NCBI GenBank assembly: GCA_022565235.1
Contig: JADFJW010000001.1
Span: forward strand, 1,135 to 65,134
Origin: Nanobdellota archaeon
GTDB lineage: Archaea > Nanobdellota > Nanobdellia > Woesearchaeales > GW2011-AR4
Reading direction: 5' to 3'
Length of the DNA: 64,000 nucleotides
A program made the translations under genes and the position numbers. Shown here in pieces: positions 19,965 through 30,880 of this stretch (position 1 is its first letter; every line of letters begins with the position of its first letter). The notes beneath the pieces are model-generated. The model had not been told where the DNA came from and searched no databases. It saw only the letters and a list, made by a program, of their open reading frames with translations.

Positions 19965-20618
19965 ATGAAATACGACTTGCACAATCATACCCATTATTCT
20001 CCCTGTGGTAACATCAAGCCAGAGCTACTGCTTAAACTTGTAAAAAAGAAGGGTATGGATGGAATCGCAGTCACAGACCACCATACTATAAAAGGAGCCC
20101 TCAAAGTAAAAAAATTAAATAAAAATAAGGATTTTGAAGTTATCATAGGTGACGAAGTGAGTACTAACTATGGAGATGTGCTTACTTATTATTTGCAGGA
20201 AGAAATAAAAAGCAGGGAATTTTTTTCTGTTGTTGATGAAGTAAAAAAGCAGGGAGGTTTAATTGTAATACCTCATCCTTTTAGGACATCAATAAATCCA
20301 ACACTCAAGTTTAGGTATCCTATAGAAAAAATTAAAGACAAAATTGATGCTATAGAATGCTTTAATGCCCGGATGATTTTTCAAAGTGACAACAAAAAGG
20401 CACAGGAATTGGCAAAAAAACTGAATATAGCAGGAACTGGCGGTTCTGATGCCCATTTTAGATTCGATATAGGGAGAGCTTACACCTTATTTGAAGGGGA
20501 TCTAAGAAAAGCATTAAAGCACAACAAAACAAGATATAATGGAACAATATTGTTTGGGCCTCTTAGTGGAACATTCAGCTTTTTAAGAAAAAGAATTTTT
20601 AAGAATATTACGGATTAA
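19965..20618 (+). CDS. PHP-domain metal-dependent phosphoesterase
   Basis: DLHNHT, AVTDHH, PHPF, GGSDAH. Confidence 0.9.
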   Translation: MKYDLHNHTHYSPCGNIKPELLLKLVKKKGMDGIAVTDHHTIKGALKVKKLNKNKDFEVIIGDEVSTNYGDVLTYYLQEEIKSREFFSVVDEVKKQGGLIVIPHPFRTSINPTLKFRYPIEKIKDKIDAIECFNARMIFQSDNKKAQELAKKLNIAGTGGSDAHFRFDIGRAYTLFEGDLRKALKHNKTRYNGTILFGPLSGTFSFLRKRIFKNITD

Positions 20619-20631
20619 GGCATTTATACTC

Positions 20632-20824
20632 ACGGACAAAAATAATTTTACAGCGGAAAGCAACAGACGGACTGTCTAGCTTTCCTGGGTTTCCTTACGG
20701 AAACCAATAGTTGTCCGTTCGTAATCATGAAAATCCAAAGGATTTTCAGGATACAACAAAAACAACGTTTTTGTGTGCAGAAAAATCTTTGGAATTTTCT
20801 TGCACCGAAAATCTACGATTTTCG
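20632..20824. repeat. Intergenic array of hairpins between convergent genes
   Basis: ACGGACAA..TTGTCCGT, GGTTTCC-TTAC-GGAAACC, GAAAATCC-AAA-GGATTTTC, CGAAAATC-TAC-GATTTTCG; 20651-20707 homologous to 22294-22350. Confidence 0.8.
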
Positions 20825-20864
20825 CGTGTAAGCAAATGACATATTAGTTGTACAAAAATTTGCG

Positions 20865-22115
20865 TCATTTGCTATATTTTAAATAAAATTTTTTATAGAA
20901 ATTTGACAAACTAAATTTATAGGAGTTATTTAAATTAACCTTTAATTGAGGTTTTGGCAGAACAAATTGATTAAAAATCTTAGGGTTTAAGGCATATACC
21001 AGGGATAGGAACCTAAACACGGAAGGCATTATGTCTCTTTTATCAATATCCATATAATGAAGATTTGGCCTGTTTATCCTAAATAATTCTTTAATATGTG
21101 AAAACAGATTTGGTGCCCTAAGCAGGTATAAAAACTCTCCTGCATACCATCTGCACATTACCCCTAAATCATAATTAACATTCTTTTTTACTTTTTTTCC
21201 TAAAGCCAATTTGTATACATTATGCGGGAAATCCATTCCAAGTGATATCGGTAGATTAATAGAACCCCAAAATCGAGTATTAACCTCAATAAGGTATAGT
21301 TTTCCATCTTCCGGATTAATCTTGAACTCCACTAATGCAATTCCCTTGTAATTAACATGTTTTAATAGTTTTATCGCAGCTTCTTTAGCTTCTTTATGTT
21401 CATAAGATTTGCACAAGACACTTTGCCCTCCTTCAGGAGGATACTGCCTTAATCTCTTATGGCAAAATACATTTACCGGGTCTTTATTTTCGTCAATTAA
21501 ACAAGAAACTCCTATCGAGTCTCCACCTGGAGGGAAATATTCTGATACAATACATTCCCCGTACATCTCTTTTAGGTAGTTATAATTGCCTAAGACTTCT
21601 CCATAATCATTACAAATTCTATTCCCTTTTCCTCCTGCAGATTCTATTGCTTTGATTATTACTGGAAAGTTCAGCTCTTTTACCTTATTAAGATCCTTCT
21701 GATCCGTTATTTCAATTGAATTCGGAATATTTAAACCGATCTTCTTTGCTATTTTAGATACTCTATTTTTCTGGAACAGAGATATGTAACTGTCATAGTC
21801 TGGCACATACATGTTAGTGTATTTCATTATCTCTTCCTGATTCTTAACAGCATGTTTTGTAGTAATATCTAAAATAGGTAAATACACCTTAACATTATGC
21901 TTTTTCAAGAAATCTATAAGCCAGTCATGATACTTTTTAATTGAATTTGAAGGGGAAGGGTATCTAAACGGTTTAGTGCAGTATTTTGAATGTGTTGACA
22001 TTGAAAATAGCCTATCGTCACCACACGCTACCCTATATCCTTTCCTACCTAAGGATCTTACAACTGCTAATGAAATTCTTGTAGACCCATCGGGAACAAA
22101 CACATCGAAATCCAT
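20865..22115 (-). CDS. ATP-grasp ligase (D-aspartate ligase / carboxylate-amine ligase-like)
   Basis: VVRSLGRKG, FPVIIK..SAGGKG, RQYPPEGG, LIEVNTRFWGS. Confidence 0.85.
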   Translation of the reverse strand: MDFDVFVPDGSTRISLAVVRSLGRKGYRVACGDDRLFSMSTHSKYCTKPFRYPSPSNSIKKYHDWLIDFLKKHNVKVYLPILDITTKHAVKNQEEIMKYTNMYVPDYDSYISLFQKNRVSKIAKKIGLNIPNSIEITDQKDLNKVKELNFPVIIKAIESAGGKGNRICNDYGEVLGNYNYLKEMYGECIVSEYFPPGGDSIGVSCLIDENKDPVNVFCHKRLRQYPPEGGQSVLCKSYEHKEAKEAAIKLLKHVNYKGIALVEFKINPEDGKLYLIEVNTRFWGSINLPISLGMDFPHNVYKLALGKKVKKNVNYDLGVMCRWYAGEFLYLLRAPNLFSHIKELFRINRPNLHYMDIDKRDIMPSVFRFLSLVYALNPKIFNQFVLPKPQLKVNLNNSYKFSLSNFYKKFYLKYSK

Positions 22116-22250
22116 GAATTTCCTCCAATTACCGGTTATTGTTTAATATAATAGATTATTTATAAATTTACCGTTTCTTTAGAATGTCGTTTGACCTGAT
22201 GATAATTTTCCTTAAAACTCACCTTAGAGTATATGGCTCCAGGATAAAGC

Positions 22251-22438
22251 TGGAAATCCTAAAATGGATTTCCTATCATTCCAACTTGAATTTCAGCGCA
22301 AAGCAACAGACTAAATTGTATTGCTTTGCTGGGTTTACTTCGGAAACCAACGGAAATCAACAGACTAACCAGGAGGGTTTGCTGACGCAAACTATTGCCG
22401 ATGCGAGCATCTGAGTATTAAACTCGAGTTGGAATGAA
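22251..22438. repeat. Intergenic multi-hairpin element
   Basis: GGAAATCC..GGATTTCC; long stem TCATTCCAACT..AGTTGGAATGA encloses a 57-bp module shared with 20651-20707. Confidence 0.75.
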
Positions 22439-22513
22439 ACAAAATTTCTAAAATCATAAAGTTTATAATCCTCATATAGTTTTCTTTGTTTTTAAATTAT
22501 ACTTTCCATTTAG

Positions 22514-23122
22514 GTGTTTAAATTGGTTTATCCCATATTCAAAAGAGTTATTTTAGTACTGGTAAAGTTATTTTCAAAGAGAGTGAAAGGATTAGAGAAT
22601 ATACCGAAAAAGGGTCCTTTTATCGTTGCCGCAAACCACAACAGTGTTTTAGATGGCTTCTTATTGGGTTATTATATACTTAAAAAAACCGACCAGAAAA
22701 TTCATTTTATAGCGTACAGGGGAAGATTCAATTTTTTCGGGGATTTTCTAATTAAAAAATGGGCAGGATGCATACTTGTTAGGTATAATAAAAAGGAAAT
22801 ATCTGCTGCTATGAAAGAAGCAGTCTCTATATTGAAAGAAGGAGGCATTATAGGGATTTTCCCTACAGCGGCGCATAGCGACCTATCAAAATTTAAGACA
22901 GGGGTCGCAAGAATTGCGTTAACAGCGCAATGCCCCGTTTTGCCAGTCATTATAAAAGGAACAGAAGATATCATGCCTATGCCCTCCCTAATACCAAAGC
23001 GCATCAGACATGCATCAATAGAATATAAAAAACTCATGACATTCAAAAAAACGCAAAAAAATGTTAATTTAGTTACACAAAAAATTGCTAAGGTTATATT
23101 ACAGGGATTAAAAGAGGAGTGA
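22514..23122 (+). CDS. plsC: 1-acyl-sn-glycerol-3-phosphate acyltransferase (PlsC family)
   Basis: VKGLENIPKKGPFIVAANHNSVLD (HX4D), GIFP, FKTGVARIA, PVLPV. Confidence 0.85.
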   Translation: MFKLVYPIFKRVILVLVKLFSKRVKGLENIPKKGPFIVAANHNSVLDGFLLGYYILKKTDQKIHFIAYRGRFNFFGDFLIKKWAGCILVRYNKKEISAAMKEAVSILKEGGIIGIFPTAAHSDLSKFKTGVARIALTAQCPVLPVIIKGTEDIMPMPSLIPKRIRHASIEYKKLMTFKKTQKNVNLVTQKIAKVILQGLKEE

Positions 23123-23135
23123 TGGGAGGTTTAGT

Positions 23136-23933
23136 ATGAATAATTTTAGTTCTAAAATCGATATGCATATGCATTCCATCGCTTCTGATGGATTAAGTGA
23201 TGCTAAAACAATTGTTAAAAAAGCAAAAAAGTTAGGCATCTCTATTGCGATAACAGACCATAATGCGATATCTCAGTCTCTTGCAGCGTCGAAAAATAAA
23301 ATGGGAGTTACAGTCATCCCGGGGATTGAAGTGACCTGCAAAGAAGGCCCACACATTCTTTTCTATTTTTATTCTTTTAGAGACCTAACAAACTTTTTTG
23401 AAAAGCATATCAAGCCAAATTATAATAAAGCTTTTACTTCTAATCTAAATATCGGCATGTCTGATTTGATGCAGGCATCAAACAAACTTAACGGATTGAC
23501 AATTGCTGCACATCCTTTCTCGCCAGGACTTTGCGGGTCATACATCTCATTCAGTAAGAATGATGAATTTATTAAAAATGTTATAGCAATAGAAGGTATC
23601 AACTCATCTATGACGGACTATGCGAACGAAAAAGCAATTTTATGGGCTAAGAAAATCAAAAAGCCCCTGACAGCCGGGTCCGATGCCCATCATACCAGGT
23701 ATATTGGGCTGGCATATACTACTGTAGATCCAAATAGGAATGCAGACAATATTCTTGACTCTATCAAGAAAGGTAATTGCACTATAGGGGGCAGGATTAT
23801 GCGGCTTCATGAAAAATTATGGGATTCTAAGAATATTATAAAAACCTGGGCAAGTTCTCCAACATATTTTTTATCTAAGGGGATTAAGGATATAATTAAA
23901 TCTAGGAAATTGAGGAAGTTAAACAAATGCTGA
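23136..23933 (+). CDS. PHP-domain phosphoesterase
   Basis: DMHMHSIASDG, ITDHN, PGIEV, AHPF, GSDAH. Confidence 0.88.
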   Translation: MNNFSSKIDMHMHSIASDGLSDAKTIVKKAKKLGISIAITDHNAISQSLAASKNKMGVTVIPGIEVTCKEGPHILFYFYSFRDLTNFFEKHIKPNYNKAFTSNLNIGMSDLMQASNKLNGLTIAAHPFSPGLCGSYISFSKNDEFIKNVIAIEGINSSMTDYANEKAILWAKKIKKPLTAGSDAHHTRYIGLAYTTVDPNRNADNILDSIKKGNCTIGGRIMRLHEKLWDSKNIIKTWASSPTYFLSKGIKDIIKSRKLRKLNKC

Positions 23934-24496
23934 GCTACAAATTAAAGAGCTATACTGATAAGATATTTACCCCACTAATTGAATATTTATATTCAAAAAA
24001 AGTAAAGAGCAATACTCTAACCCTGATATCTTTTATATTCTCCTTACTTGCCCTGATTAATTTTTTTAGGGGCATGATACTCATTGGATTTGTCTTTGCT
24101 TTACTGGATTATCTGCTTGATTTACTAGATGGGCCTTTATCAAGAAGGCAAGAAGGTATGAATAAAGATTTTGGCTTTTTTTGGGATTTTATAACTGACC
24201 ATGTTACAAGAAACCTATGGGTATTTGCCCTTGCTTATAGCAACAACATATCTTATTTTCTAGCAAGTTTGTCGATATTATCCTATTTTATTCTCCTAAC
24301 CATATGCTATATACCTCATCTTACCAAGATGAAGTACCTTGAATGGCTGCCGTGCTGGACCGGAGGGATACTATTAATCGGACTGATAACTCCTTATTTA
24401 ACAGAGATTCTGTACTTTATGGTCTATCTTAATCTATCGCTTGCTTTAATACATTTCTCTTATATAGTGTATACCTATAGGAAAGAGTTAATTTAA
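23927..24496 (+). CDS. CDP-alcohol phosphotransferase, divergent
   Basis: DLLDGPLSR..FGFFWDFITD, multi-TM. Confidence 0.8.
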   Translation: MLSYKLKSYTDKIFTPLIEYLYSKKVKSNTLTLISFIFSLLALINFFRGMILIGFVFALLDYLLDLLDGPLSRRQEGMNKDFGFFWDFITDHVTRNLWVFALAYSNNISYFLASLSILSYFILLTICYIPHLTKMKYLEWLPCWTGGILLIGLITPYLTEILYFMVYLNLSLALIHFSYIVYTYRKELI

Positions 24497-24510
24497 ATTT
24501 TAGAATTGGA

Positions 24511-25305
24511 TTAATTAAATGAAAGCACATACAAGAGTTTTTTTGACATTTTTATTATGACTTTCTGCCCTGCTTTAATGCTATGTTCTTTGCTTAAAGA
24601 ATCCGCAATCAAAATACCATTATCCACCTCAAACTCAATCTCAATTTTTTCGTTTTTACTTAAGATATTATTTACTAAACTGCATTTCGCTGAGATTTTT
24701 CCGCAGTATGGTTCGCGGACAAGATACTCAAATTTGTCGGAATCCGAAGGCAATATTTTTCCTCCGGCACTTTTTATCCATGCATTGCTGCCTGCAGGAG
24801 TTGAAATCAGGACACCGCTGCTTTTCTGCCTTTCTTTTTTTCCTCTTACACTAAGAAAATATCGTGCCGTATGGTGCTGCTTCTTTGATGCTACATAAAA
24901 CTCATTCAAAGCAAACTCAGAAACCCTTTTATTGTTTATGTAAGCCTCCAGCCTATGAAGCTTTTTTGTTTTATACTTTCCTGATAAAACTTTTTTGAAT
25001 TTTCTTTCAAAATCTTTTTTTGTAGATGTCATAAAAAAGCCTTCTTTGAATTTCGGGTTGGAATTAACCCCCAGTACTAGAGTTTTATCAAAAATAAAAT
25101 GAGAAGTTTTTAAAAAAGTTCCATCCCCACCAACTGCTATTATCAAATCTTCATTTTTAAACATTTTTTTATTCAATTTTTCTCTATTGTAAATTTTATA
25201 GTGAATATTATGTTTTTTCAAAGTATTTTTAACTATTTTAAGCGCTGATTCCTCTACTTTGTTTGTTGGTTTTGCATAAACTACCAATATATTGTTTAGT
25301 TTCAT
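24511..25305 (-). CDS. nadK: NAD(+) kinase
   Basis: VGGDGTFL, ALNE, STPAGSNAW..SAGG. Confidence 0.88.
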   Translation of the reverse strand: MKLNNILVVYAKPTNKVEESALKIVKNTLKKHNIHYKIYNREKLNKKMFKNEDLIIAVGGDGTFLKTSHFIFDKTLVLGVNSNPKFKEGFFMTSTKKDFERKFKKVLSGKYKTKKLHRLEAYINNKRVSEFALNEFYVASKKQHHTARYFLSVRGKKERQKSSGVLISTPAGSNAWIKSAGGKILPSDSDKFEYLVREPYCGKISAKCSLVNNILSKNEKIEIEFEVDNGILIADSLSKEHSIKAGQKVIIKMSKKLLYVLSFN

Positions 25306-25357
25306 ATGAAAAACAAGAATTTTTTATGGCTTATAAATTTTATCTTTTAGCAGAAAG

Positions 25358-26197
25358 TTAAACAGCTCTGAATTGAGGTCTAATCAACATAATTCTTATC
25401 TCTGCAACAGGCTTATAAGGATTATCTCCATGAAATTCAAGATGCGCATAATCTTGATGGGTTAAGCCTAAAAACCGTGCTTCAGAATGCTTTACATAAT
25501 CAACTTCTGGGTCCAATATCAGAACTTCGTACCCTTGCAGCCTTATACTGGTTCCTGTTAGAAGACCTTGTCTTTCTCTAACATACTTTTCCCTTACAAA
25601 ACCGTTTGTATTATGATTATTAACACCTATGCGACTTGTCACCCCCCTTAATATATCCTTCATTACATCTCTTCCATAACTTCCATTAGGTTCAAAAGTG
25701 GTATTATCCAGTACCAAGTATAAAATACCATACCCATCAACTGAATATTCCACTAAAGGCCTGATAGTACCTTGCCCAATACCTTCTTGGATTTCATCAG
25801 ATTTTAAAACATCATCTGGGGGGTAGCCTACAATCTTTGCAACCTTAACAGGCACTCCAGAAAGTTTACCCTCTTCATAGCATTCAACAACCAATTCAAG
25901 CGGATCAAATCCTTGCCTATAAAGTTCCATATTATGGGCTAAATCCACTTGACAATCTATATGTGTGCCATCAACAACAATCTTTGCTGACTCAGGATCC
26001 AAATCGAACCCAACACGCGCTAGTTTACTCTTTAGATTAGGCCTTAGAGATTCTAATCCTATCCTCCCAAAATATTCCATTTGCTCTGCATCAACATCTA
26101 CTCCTAACCTTACCGTTAAACTCTCAAGAGTAGATTGAATTATATCTTCTATTTCTAAATCCAGAGTTTCATGCAGTGATTTTTGAGCAGTTACCAT
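25358..26197 (-). CDS. Hypothetical protein
   Basis: 279-aa ORF with TATA-like element upstream; no recognised motif. Confidence 0.55.
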   Translation of the reverse strand: MVTAQKSLHETLDLEIEDIIQSTLESLTVRLGVDVDAEQMEYFGRIGLESLRPNLKSKLARVGFDLDPESAKIVVDGTHIDCQVDLAHNMELYRQGFDPLELVVECYEEGKLSGVPVKVAKIVGYPPDDVLKSDEIQEGIGQGTIRPLVEYSVDGYGILYLVLDNTTFEPNGSYGRDVMKDILRGVTSRIGVNNHNTNGFVREKYVRERQGLLTGTSIRLQGYEVLILDPEVDYVKHSEARFLGLTHQDYAHLEFHGDNPYKPVAEIRIMLIRPQFRAV

Positions 26198-26242
26198 TTT
26201 CCAACAAAGAAGTCAATATTTGTTTATAAGATTATTTATATG

Positions 26243-27127
26243 CTATTTCTCCATCTCCTTAATTATCATAACCAAAGCCTCATTAACAGGGCACTTAATA
26301 CCATACTTCTTTCCTAACTCAACAACAGCGCCATTTAGGTAATCAATCTCTGTCTTTTTGCCTTTAATTATGTCCTGGTGCATGGAAGATAGATTCCTGG
26401 AACCCTTGATCGCCTTGTTTATAGTCTCGATGGAATAGATATCTACATCTATACTGTCTTTACCGGCAACTTTTATGCACTCATCAAATATTAATTTTTT
26501 TAGAGGATTCAATTTCTCATCTGCTGTTGCGCCATTATCTATCCTTAATATAGCAGAAACAGGGTTAAGCACACAGTTAACTATTAATTTTTTCCATATA
26601 TCTTCTTTAATGTTTTCAGAAACATTAGCTTTTAATCCACATTTATTGAAATTATCTGCTAAGTCTTTACTTATAGGGCTTTTTTCGATTTTTGTATAGC
26701 TTAAATTATTGAACTGCACTATACCTGGTTCTAAGAAGGTTGCTCCAACAGCAGTTATTCCCCGTATTACTAAGCATTTATCTCCAACAATTTCTTTTAC
26801 AATATCCTCACTATTAAGGCCATTCTGCAAGCATAAAATTATTGTATCTTTTTTAACCAAATCTTTTATCGGTTCAATTGCATTTTTACTGTCGTGCACT
26901 TTAGTTGTCAATATAATCAGAGTACTATCGTCAATTGCATTTATAGAAGGCACAGCCTTTAATTTATACGTATTATTCTCCTCGCCAGTAATCTTAAGCC
27001 CATCCTTATTTATCTTATCAACATGCTTTTGTCTAGCAACCAGTGTAACCTCATTAAATTTAGACAATTTGGCACCATACAAACTTCCAATAGCTCCAGC
27101 ACCAAGAATTATGATTTTCATAATCAT
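26243..27127 (-). CDS. panE: 2-dehydropantoate 2-reductase
   Basis: [36 protein letters not shown]. Confidence 0.92.
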   Translation of the reverse strand: MIMKIIILGAGAIGSLYGAKLSKFNEVTLVARQKHVDKINKDGLKITGEENNTYKLKAVPSINAIDDSTLIILTTKVHDSKNAIEPIKDLVKKDTIILCLQNGLNSEDIVKEIVGDKCLVIRGITAVGATFLEPGIVQFNNLSYTKIEKSPISKDLADNFNKCGLKANVSENIKEDIWKKLIVNCVLNPVSAILRIDNGATADEKLNPLKKLIFDECIKVAGKDSIDVDIYSIETINKAIKGSRNLSSMHQDIIKGKKTEIDYLNGAVVELGKKYGIKCPVNEALVMIIKEMEK

Positions 27128-29814
27128 TCAATCAAAATAGCTACCTTTCCAGGCATTGCCTGTTTTGCCTTTTGTTCATCACTTTTTCCATCAACAATCT
27201 CCATATCACAACCAAATTCCTGCTTAAAATTATCTAATGAGCCTTTCAATGCTTCTATTTCTTTTTTCCTACCAACAATTACTTTGGGCAACTTAGTCTC
27301 GTCCTTAACCAGTTTAGGGGCAATTTTTGAAATCTCCCTGATGTAAATGCTAAGATCGCTTTTTGCAAATTTCTTGATGATCTCTCCAAGGTTTCTTGTT
27401 TTTCCCAGTTCTCCCTTTAATCTTCTTATGAAATCAAATTTCCATGCTTCAGCAACAAATATTATTATCTTGTTAGGCTTCTTTATCTTTGCCAGCTCAA
27501 TAACAGAATAAATATCCTTTTTGGTCCTCTCTAAATTATCTTCAAGAGCCTCAGCTTCCTCGTCTATTTTGCTTTTGTCATATGACGGCCATTTTTGCAA
27601 TGAGGCAAAACCTTTTAATTTCAAATCGCTCCACAACTCCTCAGAAATATGTGGTGTAAAAGGATTTAGCAATAATACGAGATTTTTAGCACATTCTCCG
27701 AATACTGCTTTATTTTTGTCATTATACTTTTGAAGCGCATTTACAAATTCCATTATTTTCCCAATCGCCAGGTTATACTTAAAATTTTCAATATTCTCTG
27801 TAACATTCTTTATTGTAGAATGCATCTTGCTCAAAATAAACTTGTCTTTTTCATTTAGCTTATCTTTTACATAACTATCTAATGAAATATCTTTGATATT
27901 ATCATTAACCAGGTTATAGATCCTGTTCAAAAACCTATATGCTCCATTAACACCTTTATCATTCCACTCTAATTCTTTTTCTGGCATTGCCGCAAATAAA
28001 ATAAATAATCTTCCTGTATCAGCACCATACTTCCCGGTTATTTCTGCGGGATCAACCACATTTCCTATACTTTTGCTCATCTTCGCCCCATCTTTGATGA
28101 CCATGCCTTGTGTCATTAACCTAGAGAAAGGCTCGTCCACATTAGTTAATCCTAAATCTCTCAAGGCTTTTGTGAAGAATCTTGCATACAACAAATGCAA
28201 AATAGCATGCTCAATGCCCCCAATATACTGGTCAACAGGCATCCAATAAGCAGAAGCTTTCTTGTCAAAAGGCAACTTAGCTTCATTAGGGCTGCAGTAC
28301 CTGAAAAAATACCATGAACTGTCAACAAAAGTATCCATTGTATCAGTTTCTCTGCGAGCTTTTCCGGCACATTTTGGGCATTTTACATTGACAAATTTTT
28401 CTGAGGTCTCTAAAGGATTTCCGGCACCAGTAAATTTAACATTTTTTGGAAGCTTTACCGGTAGATTCTCATACGGAACCGGAACTATACCGCATGTACT
28501 GCAATGTATCATCGGAATCGGAGTCCCCCAGTAACGTTGCCTGGAAATCAGCCAGTCTCTTAGCTTATATTGCACAGTTCTTTTTCCTATTTTTTCTTTT
28601 TCCATCCATTTAGAAATCTTTTCGATAGCATCCAAATTATTCATCCCATTGAACTTATCAGAATTAACTAAAATTCCTTCCTCAACATAAGCCCTATTCA
28701 TTTTCTCTGATTTTAACTCATATTGCTTAGGCGTTATAACAACTCTAATCGGTAATTTGTATTTTTTTGCAAACTCAAAATCACGCTGGTCATGAGCAGG
28801 AACTACCATAACGGCCCCGGTTCCATATTCCATTAATGCATAATCAGCCACAAATATTGGGATTTCTTCGTTATTGACCGGGTTTACAACATATTTCCCA
28901 ATAAAAATTCCATTTTTTTCAACTTCTTCAGATGCCCTTTCTTTCATGCTTCTTTTCTTTGTTTTTGTGATAAAATCCAGAACTGGTTTTTCATATTTTG
29001 TTCCTTTAATTAACTCAAAGACCATTGGATGCTCAACTGCAAATACCAAAGCGATTACACCAAAAATAGTATCTGGCCTCGTGGTGAAGGTAGAAATGAT
29101 TTTTTTTGTATCTTTAATTTTAAAATTAACCTCAACACCATGACTCTTTCCAATCCAGTTTTCCTGCATTACTTTAACTCGTTTGGGCCAATGCTTTAGT
29201 TTTTCCAAATCTCTCAACAACTCATCGGCATACTCTGTTATCTTGAAGAACCACTGCTCCAGCTCCTTTTCTGCAACATCATCATGGCATCTCCAGCATT
29301 TACCATCTATGACCTGCTCATTCGCAAGCACCGTACCACAGGAATTGCACCAGTTTACGACAGCATTCTTCCTGTATGCTAGTTTTTTCTCATAAAATTT
29401 AAGAAAAATCCACTGGTTCCATTTATAGTAATCTTCTGTACAGCTCTGTATCTGCCTTGACCAATCATAACTAAAACCTAGGCTTTTTTGCTGCTCTTTT
29501 ATTTTGTCTATGTTATCCAAAGTCCATTTCTCGGGGTCAACCTTATGTTTTATGGCAGCATTTTCTGCCGGTAGTCCGAACGCATCATAACCCATAGGGT
29601 ACATTACATTAAAGCCCTGCATTCTCTTAAATCTTGCAAGGGCATCTCCTAAAGAATAATTCCTCAAATGGCCCATATGGAGTGTTGAAGAAGGATAAGG
29701 ATACATCTCAAGGCAATAGAATTTCTTCTTTTTACTGTCTTCTTTAACTTTGAATATGCCCTTCTCTTCCCACTTCTTCTGCCATTTCTTGGCAATCTTA
29801 TTAAAGTCTACCAT
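27124..29814 (-). CDS. leuS: Leucine--tRNA ligase (bacterial-type core, archaeal-type C-terminus)
   Basis: [39 protein letters not shown]; ends [12 protein letters not shown]. Confidence 0.95.
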   Translation of the reverse strand: MVDFNKIAKKWQKKWEEKGIFKVKEDSKKKKFYCLEMYPYPSSTLHMGHLRNYSLGDALARFKRMQGFNVMYPMGYDAFGLPAENAAIKHKVDPEKWTLDNIDKIKEQQKSLGFSYDWSRQIQSCTEDYYKWNQWIFLKFYEKKLAYRKNAVVNWCNSCGTVLANEQVIDGKCWRCHDDVAEKELEQWFFKITEYADELLRDLEKLKHWPKRVKVMQENWIGKSHGVEVNFKIKDTKKIISTFTTRPDTIFGVIALVFAVEHPMVFELIKGTKYEKPVLDFITKTKKRSMKERASEEVEKNGIFIGKYVVNPVNNEEIPIFVADYALMEYGTGAVMVVPAHDQRDFEFAKKYKLPIRVVITPKQYELKSEKMNRAYVEEGILVNSDKFNGMNNLDAIEKISKWMEKEKIGKRTVQYKLRDWLISRQRYWGTPIPMIHCSTCGIVPVPYENLPVKLPKNVKFTGAGNPLETSEKFVNVKCPKCAGKARRETDTMDTFVDSSWYFFRYCSPNEAKLPFDKKASAYWMPVDQYIGGIEHAILHLLYARFFTKALRDLGLTNVDEPFSRLMTQGMVIKDGAKMSKSIGNVVDPAEITGKYGADTGRLFILFAAMPEKELEWNDKGVNGAYRFLNRIYNLVNDNIKDISLDSYVKDKLNEKDKFILSKMHSTIKNVTENIENFKYNLAIGKIMEFVNALQKYNDKNKAVFGECAKNLVLLLNPFTPHISEELWSDLKLKGFASLQKWPSYDKSKIDEEAEALEDNLERTKKDIYSVIELAKIKKPNKIIIFVAEAWKFDFIRRLKGELGKTRNLGEIIKKFAKSDLSIYIREISKIAPKLVKDETKLPKVIVGRKKEIEALKGSLDNFKQEFGCDMEIVDGKSDEQKAKQAMPGKVAILIE

Positions 29815-29856
29815 TTAATCAAAAGAAAGAAAGAGTGTTTTAAAGTTTTTCGTTAT

Positions 29857-30054
29857 TCAGAACTTCTTAAACTGAGCTACAGTATCAATTAGATCAACAT
29901 GTCCAAGGAATACTGCTCTACAGCAGTATCTTTCCAGGCCTAATTCGTCCATAGCCTTCTTCTTGTCTTCTCCTTTCTCAAGTTTTTCTAAATAGCTCCC
30001 CCATAATTGCCCTATTGGCTTTCCACAACTCCAGCATCTTATTGGAATAATCAT
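29857..30054 (-). CDS. rpoN: RNA polymerase subunit Rpo10 (N)
   Basis: MIIPIRCWSCGK, RYCCR. Confidence 0.95.
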   Translation of the reverse strand: MIIPIRCWSCGKPIGQLWGSYLEKLEKGEDKKKAMDELGLERYCCRAVFLGHVDLIDTVAQFKKF

Positions 30055-30065
30055 TTTTATCCTCC

Positions 30066-30467
30066 TTAACGATAACTTTTTTGTCTTTTAGCGCGAGCCT
30101 GACCATGCCCGTTTGGTTTTGAAGGCTCTTTTCTCCTGACGTCTGCAACTAAAAGGTTTCTGTCATAATCTAAAAACTGCTTCTTCAACTTATCACTTTT
30201 TGAAAACTTTACCAGACCTTTTGCAATCGCTAACCTAGATGCGTCTGCTTGGCTAGCAATTCCACCGCCAAAAACATTTACACTGATATTTACCTTATTT
30301 ATAAAATCTTCTGCAATAATTAATGGTTCCATTAACTTCAATCTGGAAATCTTGGGCTCATAAAAATCCAAAAGCAAGTTGTTTATCTTTACAACTCCAT
30401 TTCCGGGCCTTATTATGGCTCTTGCTATTGCCCTTTTCCTCTTTCCTGCTGCAATCACGACTTTCAT
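30066..30467 (-). CDS. rps9: 30S ribosomal protein S9
   Basis: GKRKRAIAR, GGG, ARAKRQKSYR. Confidence 0.95.
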   Translation of the reverse strand: MKVVIAAGKRKRAIARAIIRPGNGVVKINNLLLDFYEPKISRLKLMEPLIIAEDFINKVNISVNVFGGGIASQADASRLAIAKGLVKFSKSDKLKKQFLDYDRNLLVADVRRKEPSKPNGHGQARAKRQKSYR

Positions 30468-30880
30468 ATTTTAGCACCTATATGCCTGCATATCTCCAGT
30501 ATGTTAATATACTTAAGATTCGGAACCTTTCCAATATCGGCGTTCTTTATTGTATCAAATTTTTGATTTTTCAAATTATCCGGAATGCCTATATGGCACT
30601 TAATGTTTTTAAAAGCTACCCTTCCCCTTTCCTTTTTATAGGGTAACATTCCCCGGATAGACCTTTTAACAAATCTATCCGGCATTCTGCGAGTAAATGG
30701 CCCTTTAGCAGGTATACCCATTTTCAAAAATCTGTCGGCCCTTTCAAATATTTTACTTCTGTCACCAGTAACAACACAAGTCTCGCAGTTAACAATATCT
30801 ATTTTCTCCCCTAACAATGCTTTCTTAGCTACAAAAGTTCCTAATCTCCCCAATATTAAGTTGTTTGCGTCTATTATCAT
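30464..30880 (-). CDS. rpl13: 50S ribosomal protein L13
   Basis: IIDANNLILGRL, IRGMLPYK. Confidence 0.95.
   Translation of the reverse strand: MIIDANNLILGRLGTFVAKKALLGEKIDIVNCETCVVTGDRSKIFERADRFLKMGIPAKGPFTRRMPDRFVKRSIRGMLPYKKERGRVAFKNIKCHIGIPDNLKNQKFDTIKNADIGKVPNLKYINILEICRHIGAKI

Noticed and set aside
22184..22414. 76-aa ORF (also 41676-41864 and 63183-63434)
   Set aside because: These ORFs run through hairpin arrays and have no protein-like features
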